Source: a virus
DNA: 64,000 bases
IMG/VR virus record: IMGVR_UViG_3300010274_000002
Reading direction: 5' to 3' (one strand)
Under the pieces are notes generated by a model that worked only from the letters and a program-made list of their open reading frames with translations, made no database searches and was not told the origin of the DNA. Every line of letters starts with the position of its first letter. Within the stretch, counting starts at the first letter, position 1. Below, piece by piece: positions 58,024-64,000 of the stretch. The position numbers and the translations under genes were made by a program.

Positions 58024-58168
58024 GCTATTAGCAGATGCCGTCAATACGCAAGAAGCAGAATTCGGGAGCCCGAACACGCTATGTGCAGAATGTGCGCCCA
58101 ATAGCGGCGTTGGATGCCGCTATTTGCGGAATTTCAGGTTTGCCTGGATTCAGCTATTAGCTTACTAT
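58024..58168. promoter_or_regulatory. lysis/lysogeny switch: operators and rightward promoter
   Basis: GCTATTAGC at 58024 and 58153; AATAGCGGC-7-GCCGCTATT at 58100-58124; TTGCCT(58140)-17-TACTAT(58163). Confidence 0.7.
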
Positions 58169-58194
58169 GGAATTGCAAGGAGGCGAGCCAGACG

Positions 58195-58419
58195 ATGAGC
58201 TTCACCCAGGCAGTGCGGACGAAAATGGCTGCAACTGGCATCAGCGCTAGTGAGCTTGCCCGGCGCAGCGGATATAGTCAGCAGTATATCTGCGACCTTT
58301 TGGCAGGGCGCAGGCGCTGGAACGAGAGCACCATGAGCAAAGTATGTCAGGTTTTGGGTATCCGTATTCAGTTCGTCGATGATGATCCTGACTCTTTGGT
58401 TCTCGGTTCCACAGGTTAG
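58195..58419 (+). CDS. Cro-like HTH regulator
   Basis: GISASELARRSGYSQQYICDLLAGRR; AAGGAGG RBS; divergent from the repressor. Confidence 0.85.
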   Translation: MSFTQAVRTKMAATGISASELARRSGYSQQYICDLLAGRRRWNESTMSKVCQVLGIRIQFVDDDPDSLVLGSTG

Positions 58420-58528
58420 GAACGAGCAAACGGGCTTTTTCAGTCCCTTCTCGCGACGTCTCGTCTACGATTAAGTCTAATACCAACTTCCAGGTTGGCA
58501 CGAGCGGCAGTTGTGTAGAGAGGAGGTG

Positions 58529-59077
58529 ATGGACGTGTATCGCATCGCGCGAAAGGCAGCTCGACTGAGCAGGGAGGAGGCCGCTTTCAGGCTCCACGTG
58601 GGCGCGAGGACGCTCGCCAATTACGAGGACGGCAAGAGCGTTCCACCGCCTGAGGTGGTGTTGGCGATGAGCAAGGTCTACAACAACTCGTGGCTGGCGC
58701 ACCGGTACTGCCGGATGCACTGCGCCATCGGCAAGGCCTATCGTTACGCCATCCTCGACAACGTGAATCTCGATATCTCGAGTGTGCTCCTGAAGCTCGT
58801 GATCGAACTCGATGAATTCCGCGCGGTCCAGCAGAGGTTAATAAGCCTCGCGGTCAACAAGCGCGGGCGGGAGGATTTCTCTGACGAGGAATGGCGCGAG
58901 TTCATCCGGTGCCTGCAGAAATGTCTGGATGTCGAGCACACCATCGAGATGCTGAGGTTGGCTCTGGAGCGATGGTGCGACGGCTCGGAGCTCGTGAGCC
59001 AGCACAACCGCAAGTGTAGGGATCGGGGTTACGTGACGGAGCAGGAGAATCCTTTGACGAGGTTGATGACAGCATGA
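58529..59077 (+). CDS. XRE HTH protein with helical C-terminal domain
   Basis: ARKAARLSREEAAFRLHVGARTLANYEDG; AGGAGG RBS. Confidence 0.8.
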   Translation: MDVYRIARKAARLSREEAAFRLHVGARTLANYEDGKSVPPPEVVLAMSKVYNNSWLAHRYCRMHCAIGKAYRYAILDNVNLDISSVLLKLVIELDEFRAVQQRLISLAVNKRGREDFSDEEWREFIRCLQKCLDVEHTIEMLRLALERWCDGSELVSQHNRKCRDRGYVTEQENPLTRLMTA

Positions 59078-59358
59078 AACGCCAGCAGGCAACGTCCCAA
59101 GCCTTGCAGCTACAACCGGATTCGGAAACAGACAAGCTCGAATGGCTGAAGCCCTGCGAGGTGGCGGCCACGTTTCGGGTGACTCGCCAGCACATATACA
59201 GGCTCATCAGGCGCGGTGACCTCGCGGCGGTTTGGGTAGGCGACACGCCCCGCATTCACAGGGACGAGCTTGCGCGGTTCATCGCGGAAGGCGGCCGGCG
59301 GCCGGGCGACGAGGACTTGCCTAAATACCGGAGATACAGGCGGCGTTACGCCCGCTGA
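59074..59358 (+). CDS. excisionase-like winged-HTH protein
   Basis: LKPCEVAATFRVTRQHIYRLIRRGDLAAVWVG. Confidence 0.75.
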   Translation: MKRQQATSQALQLQPDSETDKLEWLKPCEVAATFRVTRQHIYRLIRRGDLAAVWVGDTPRIHRDELARFIAEGGRRPGDEDLPKYRRYRRRYAR

Positions 59359-59370
59359 GAGCGGAAGGAG

Positions 59371-59577
59371 GTGGCAGCAGTGGAGGGAGCAACGTTGAAG
59401 GCTATTTGGGCGTGCGAAGACAGAGAGCGGAAGCGCAACATGATCAAGTTTTATCGGGCGTGCAAGCGCTTCGACGCAGGTCAGGAAAAGCGACTTCGGT
59501 TTCGGGGGCCTGCGCAGGACCTGCTGACGGTGTTTTCAGTCATCTCATCAGAGTCGCACGGGTCGGACGCGGCATAA
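59371..59577 (+). CDS. hypothetical protein
   Basis: GGAGG RBS; lies in the early operon. Confidence 0.45.
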   Translation: MAAVEGATLKAIWACEDRERKRNMIKFYRACKRFDAGQEKRLRFRGPAQDLLTVFSVISSESHGSDAA

Positions 59578-59683
59578 AAGAGAAGGCCGAAGTGAATGCC
59601 GTCACTTCGACCTCGAGAAAGGACTTCTAGCTACCTCCAGTCTACCACGTCCGGACTGGGGGTGCAAGAGGGGGTGAACGGGC

Positions 59684-60013
59684 GTGGGAAAGCGGACATT
59701 GATGCGACCGTTGCGGGACGCTGAAGAGGCGGTGTGCCTCATCGCTGACGCGCTTCGGGGGCAGGCGCTTGACGACGAGGACTGGCTCGACATGCTCTGC
59801 AACGTTTACCGGGTAATGCCAAGCCAGGCTCTCGAAAGGCTTCTCGCGGACGAAGCCTACGAGCGGGGGCTTTGTCCGATATGCCTCGTCGAAGGGCGGG
59901 GCATGGTGCCGGTGACTGACGAGGGAGACTGCGCGGCGTGCAAGGCCGCACAGGAGAGACGCCTGGCGCTGCTCGAGCGGTGCCGGCGTACGAAAGCCGA
60001 GGGGGTGGCGTAA
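59684..60013 (+). CDS. hypothetical protein with Zn-finger-like CPIC/CAAC
   Basis: Stop abuts the next gene; paired Cys motifs. Confidence 0.6.
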   Translation: MGKRTLMRPLRDAEEAVCLIADALRGQALDDEDWLDMLCNVYRVMPSQALERLLADEAYERGLCPICLVEGRGMVPVTDEGDCAACKAAQERRLALLERCRRTKAEGVA

Positions 60014-61192
60014 GTGGGCCAGTTGGTGGAGTACAAGCCGGACAAATATAACGTTTTGATGCCGACGCAGCACATCGAGCAGGTAAGCCCGTGGCACGCG
60101 GCGCGGACTAACATCGTTCAGGTCAACCCGGACCCGATGGCGGGTGACGTGTTCAAGGTCGGGAGCCGGTACAACGAATCCACGCATGAGTACGAGGACA
60201 TGTACTCCCTCGCCAAGCCCGCTCTCATGAGGATCGCCTCGGCCGCCGGCATCGTGTGGAACTGGCGGGACAGCGGGCCACGGGTGCTCGAGAAGGATTA
60301 CGTCTGCTACCGGGCTGTCGGTGCCTTGAGGCTCCCCGACGGCTCCTGGCAGCCCATCATGGCGGAGAAGGAGATAGATCTCTCGGTCGTCGAGGACGAG
60401 CTCCGCGACCAGTACACCAAGAAGGCCGACGGTCCCCTCGGAGGCACCGACGCCAAGACGTATCGCGGCGAGTGGCGGAAAGTCAGGCACGGCAAGGAAG
60501 AGCGAGACGCTTTCTTCCTTGCGGAGGACGAAAAGCCCCGCTTCATCGAGGCGAACGTCCGCGCGAACCTCATCCAGTGGCGGAAAAACAAACTCATGAG
60601 AGCCGAGACGGGCGCGATGCTTCGCGTCATCAGGGCGGCGCTCGGGATCAAGAGCCAGTATACGTTCGCGGAATTGCAGAAGCCGTTCGTGGTGCCAAGG
60701 ATTGACTTCTCACCGGACTATAACGACCCGAGCGTCCGCCAGGCTCTCCTTCAGCACGGCGTGGCGACGATGAACGCTCTGTTCGGAGGCGCCACGCCCC
60801 CTGCGCCCCAGGTGGCGTTTACCGAGCGTCCAGTCATCGCGGCGCCGGTTCAGGACGACGAGACGGTTGACGCGGCGGCGGCTTCCTCGGACGTGGAGCT
60901 CGGCGCGGTCGGGGCGGACGGGGTCGAGGAAACTCCTCAGTTGCCCGAGGAGACTGGGGAACCGGCGGGAGAGGCAGAAGCGGCCGCGACGGCTCAGCCT
61001 GACGGCACGCTCTTCCCGCCCGAACCTGAGCCTGCACAGGTCAAGCCGCGTCCGGTTGTCTATGGCACGTGCGCGGACTGCGGCGCCCAGATAACTTCCG
61101 GCAACGTCGTGAGTTACTCCCACAAGAAGTTCGGTCGCGTACTCTGTTACTCGTGCCAGAACAAGGCGAAGGGGGCGGCCGCGAATGCCTAA
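60014..61192 (+). CDS. putative recombination/annealing protein with C-terminal Zn ribbon
   Basis: RAETGAMLRVIRAALGI motif; acidic Pro-rich linker; CADCG...LCYSCQ; precedes the SbcD/SbcC pair. Confidence 0.5.
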   Translation: MGQLVEYKPDKYNVLMPTQHIEQVSPWHAARTNIVQVNPDPMAGDVFKVGSRYNESTHEYEDMYSLAKPALMRIASAAGIVWNWRDSGPRVLEKDYVCYRAVGALRLPDGSWQPIMAEKEIDLSVVEDELRDQYTKKADGPLGGTDAKTYRGEWRKVRHGKEERDAFFLAEDEKPRFIEANVRANLIQWRKNKLMRAETGAMLRVIRAALGIKSQYTFAELQKPFVVPRIDFSPDYNDPSVRQALLQHGVATMNALFGGATPPAPQVAFTERPVIAAPVQDDETVDAAAASSDVELGAVGADGVEETPQLPEETGEPAGEAEAAATAQPDGTLFPPEPEPAQVKPRPVVYGTCADCGAQITSGNVVSYSHKKFGRVLCYSCQNKAKGAAANA

Positions 61193-62375
61193 GATCCTCT
61201 GCTCAGGCGACCTCCATTGTTTCTGGCCGACGTTCAACCGCATAGGCGAAGACGGTATTCCCTCGCGCCTGCAGGACTGGCGGAGGAGCGCACGAGCGCT
61301 CCTCCAAACCGCCATCGAACACAAGGTCAGCGCGGCTCTTTTCCCCGGAGACTTCTTCCCGACCTCGCGGCCGTCGCCGGCCCAAGTCCTCGAGGTGGCG
61401 CAGTTGTTCTACCGTCTCGAGGAGGAAGGGATTCGGGTTGTAGGCTGCAAGGGCAACCACGACGACTTGGGTCCGGGCCAGCTATCACCGGTCGACCTCG
61501 TGGCGCGCATGGCGCCGGACGGTCGCCGGTGGGGTTGGACCCGTCCGGGCATCGAGCATCTTCCGGAGCTCGAGGTCGTCGTGTTGCCTTTTGTCAGGGC
61601 CGCGAAGACGGATGCGGATCCGGCTGTCGCGGCTCAGGAGACCTCGCAGCAGCTTCTCCAGATCGCGCGTTACCAGCTCGCTGTGACCAAAGAGGATAAA
61701 CCTTCCGTGCTGATGGGGCACTGGGCCATCTCGGGTTGCCGCCTCGCCGGCAATTCGCTGGCTATTACTGAGCCCACGCTTCCTCTGGGGGAGTTGCAGA
61801 GCCTTCCGGTTCGGGCGGTCGTCATGGGCCACATACATACCCCTCAAGTCATTGCGACTGATCCGGTCATTCTTCACACGGGCGTTTTCGAGCGCCACGA
61901 CTTCGGCGAGGAGCACAACGAGTGCGGTTGCTACATAGTCGACCTCGACACGCAGGAGGCGGAGTTCGTCGAGCTTCCGGCAAGGCGGTTTCTCACGGTG
62001 AGGTTGGACGAGGCCGCCTTGGAGAGGCTTGCGGACGGCGAGGCAGTTAGCACGGTTGTGGCGCGTTGCGTGGACGTCGGCTTGGTCCACGGGGCTATCG
62101 TCCGCGTCGTCTACCAGGCCACTGAGGAGCAGGTCAAGCGGATTGACCACAACGCGATCATCCAAGCCCTCTACGACGCCGGCGCTCATCAGGTGGCCGG
62201 GGTTTATCCCGAGATAATCCGTTCGGAGCGGACTCGCGAGGCCTCCATTACCGAGACTATAGGGCCGCTGGACGCTCTCGAAAAGTGGCTCAAGCTTCGG
62301 ACGGACTTGACCGACGCCATGCGTGCCAGGGTATCCGAGAAGGCGCGCGAGCTCTTCGAGGAGGTGATGGCCTGA
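61185..62375 (+). CDS. SbcD/Mre11-like metallophosphoesterase nuclease
   Basis: SGDLH, PGDFF, KGNHD, MGHIH motifs. Confidence 0.9.
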   Translation: MPKILCSGDLHCFWPTFNRIGEDGIPSRLQDWRRSARALLQTAIEHKVSAALFPGDFFPTSRPSPAQVLEVAQLFYRLEEEGIRVVGCKGNHDDLGPGQLSPVDLVARMAPDGRRWGWTRPGIEHLPELEVVVLPFVRAAKTDADPAVAAQETSQQLLQIARYQLAVTKEDKPSVLMGHWAISGCRLAGNSLAITEPTLPLGELQSLPVRAVVMGHIHTPQVIATDPVILHTGVFERHDFGEEHNECGCYIVDLDTQEAEFVELPARRFLTVRLDEAALERLADGEAVSTVVARCVDVGLVHGAIVRVVYQATEEQVKRIDHNAIIQALYDAGAHQVAGVYPEIIRSERTREASITETIGPLDALEKWLKLRTDLTDAMRARVSEKARELFEEVMA

Positions 62376-64000
62376 TGGAGCCGGTGAGAATCGACCTCGA
62401 GAATTTCCTGAGCTACCGCCGGGAAACCGTGGACCTTACGCCGGTTACGTGCGGAGCTCTCGTCGGCGAAAACGGGGCAGGGAAGTCCTCGCTTCTCGAC
62501 GCCATCACGTGGGCACTTTTCGGCCAGGGCACCAAGGGCGGCGCCAAAGACCTCGACAACTACGTGACCCGGGGGCAGACAGAAGGCCGGGTCGAGCTCG
62601 AGTTCCGGCTCAACGGCAGCACCTACCGGGTAGTGCGGGGTCGAAGCGTCGCTCGCAACAAGAGCACGCTCGAGTTCTTCGTTCTCGACGGCGATCGGTG
62701 GCGGCCGCTCTCGGGCAAGACCATTGCGGAGACGCAGGCCGTCATCGAGAGCACGCTTCGCATGGACTACCGGACGTTTACGGCGTCCTCGCTGATTCTC
62801 CAAGGTCAAGCCGACGCTTTCACCGCCAACATGACCGACCAGGAACGCAAGGAAGCTCTCGCTCGAATCCTTGGTCTCGACCTGTGGGACAGGATGCAGG
62901 AACGGGCGCGCGAGAAAGCCCGCGCCCTCAAGGCGGAGGTGAGCAGCCTTGAGGCTCAGGCGGCGCGGCTCAAGGAGCAGGCGGACGCGGCAGACACCTT
63001 GCGGCAACAATACGTGGAAACCAAGGCGTCACTCGACAAGTATGCCGAAGCTATCGGGCAGCTCGAACCCGCCGTTACCGACCTCGAGGCAAAGCTTCGC
63101 CAGCGGCCGATCCTCGCCGAGCGGCTGGAGGCGTTGAGGCGAGAGCACGAGCGCAAGGGGCAGGAGATTGCTTGGGCGCAAGGCGAGGTCGCGAAGGCCC
63201 GCACGCAGATCGAGACAGCACGCCAGGAAATCGCCTCTAGACAGGCAATTCTGGCCATGCGCGAGGAAATCGAAAGCGCGGTCGCGATGGAGGCAGAGTT
63301 CGCCCAGGAGGTCGCCAGGTTCGACCGGCAGGCCCAGGAGTATATGAATCTCCAGCAGCTCGCCGCCGACCTTGAGCGCAAGGCGGCTGCGTGGGACAAG
63401 ACCACGGAAACGGAGCTTGCCCGCGTGGAGGCGCAGATTCAGGCACTGATTTCACAGGCCGCCACTCTCGACAAGGTGCCCTGCTCGGGCGACGTGAAAG
63501 CTGCATGCCCACTCTTGGCGGGTGCCAAGAAGGCGGCTGCTGACCTCGAGGGCCTTCGCATCAGGCTCGAGGAGCTTCACCGGGCGAAGAATCCGCACCT
63601 AGAGGCATGGCAGAAGACCTGCAGGGACCGCGACGCCGTAGGCTACGACCCGGCGGCGCACGAGGCGGCCAGGAGCGCTCTCGAAGACGTCCGCAAGACC
63701 GCGAGACTCAAGCCGGACCTTGACGCCGCCGAGCGTCGCGTGAAAGAGCTCGAAGCGCGGGTCGCGGAACTTGAGAAAAGTATCGCTACATGGCAGGCGA
63801 AGGTCCGGGAGCTTGCCACAGAGCAGCAGGCGCTGAGCGAGGAAGCTCAGTCCGTGCGGGCGCGGCTAGAAATCCTCGGTCCGCTTGGAGAGGAGCTTGC
63901 CGCGAGGCAGGCGGAGTTGCAAAACCTGCGCCGCATGGAGGCGGAAGCTCGGACGTTGCTCGGCCGGCTCGAGCAGCAGCTCGCCGATGCCGAAAAGGCT
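62375..64000 (+). CDS. SbcC/Rad50-like SMC ATPase (runs off the window end)
   Basis: ENFLSY, Walker A GENGAGKSSLLDAI, LILQGQ Q-loop, coiled coil with hook-like CSGDVKAACP; open to 64000. Confidence 0.9.
   Translation, partial: MEPVRIDLENFLSYRRETVDLTPVTCGALVGENGAGKSSLLDAITWALFGQGTKGGAKDLDNYVTRGQTEGRVELEFRLNGSTYRVVRGRSVARNKSTLEFFVLDGDRWRPLSGKTIAETQAVIESTLRMDYRTFTASSLILQGQADAFTANMTDQERKEALARILGLDLWDRMQERAREKARALKAEVSSLEAQAARLKEQADAADTLRQQYVETKASLDKYAEAIGQLEPAVTDLEAKLRQRPILAERLEALRREHERKGQEIAWAQGEVAKARTQIETARQEIASRQAILAMREEIESAVAMEAEFAQEVARFDRQAQEYMNLQQLAADLERKAAAWDKTTETELARVEAQIQALISQAATLDKVPCSGDVKAACPLLAGAKKAAADLEGLRIRLEELHRAKNPHLEAWQKTCRDRDAVGYDPAAHEAARSALEDVRKTARLKPDLDAAERRVKELEARVAELEKSIATWQAKVRELATEQQALSEEAQSVRARLEILGPLGEELAARQAELQNLRRMEAEARTLLGRLEQQLADAEKA

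Noticed and set aside
1-64000. CRISPR array
   Set aside because: No regularly spaced direct repeats with unique spacers and no cas genes seen
1-64000. Stop-codon reassignment
   Set aside because: Core genes are full length under the standard code, and all three stop codons are used as terminators

Overview
The window is almost entirely one temperate, contractile-tailed (myovirus-like) phage genome from a high-GC host, probably Bacillota. The host call is an inference from YqbF/XkdF-like genes, an ImmA/ImmR switch and AGGAGG ribosome-binding sites. Gene order is: ParB-fused DNA methylase, terminase (large subunit with intein), portal, MuF fusion, XkdF fusion, capsid, neck, sheath/tube, tape measure, baseplate, fibres, lysis, an intact attP (tRNA-His-like core) with tyrosine integrase, a reverse-strand cargo island, the immunity switch, and early recombination genes (SbcD/SbcC-like, cut by the window end). 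Phage genes flank the att site on both sides, so this looks like the excised or virion arrangement rather than an integrated prophage. The most unusual parts are four. (1) Two Cys-every-third-residue peptides with a shared 6-7/4/8 Cys block pattern plus a radical SAM/SPASM enzyme, wedged between tail fibre and lysis genes. (2) A ~1290-aa prohead-protease (XkdF-like) fusion carrying nucleotidyltransferase-, DNA ligase-, Dam methylase- and LigD phosphoesterase-like domains. (3) A 1116-aa MuF protein carrying a HipA/PI3K-like kinase and an unassigned C-terminal domain. (4) A nurA / herA / GHKL-ATPase / B12-type radical SAM operon next to the integrase. All product calls come from motif recognition by eye; no database searches were run.
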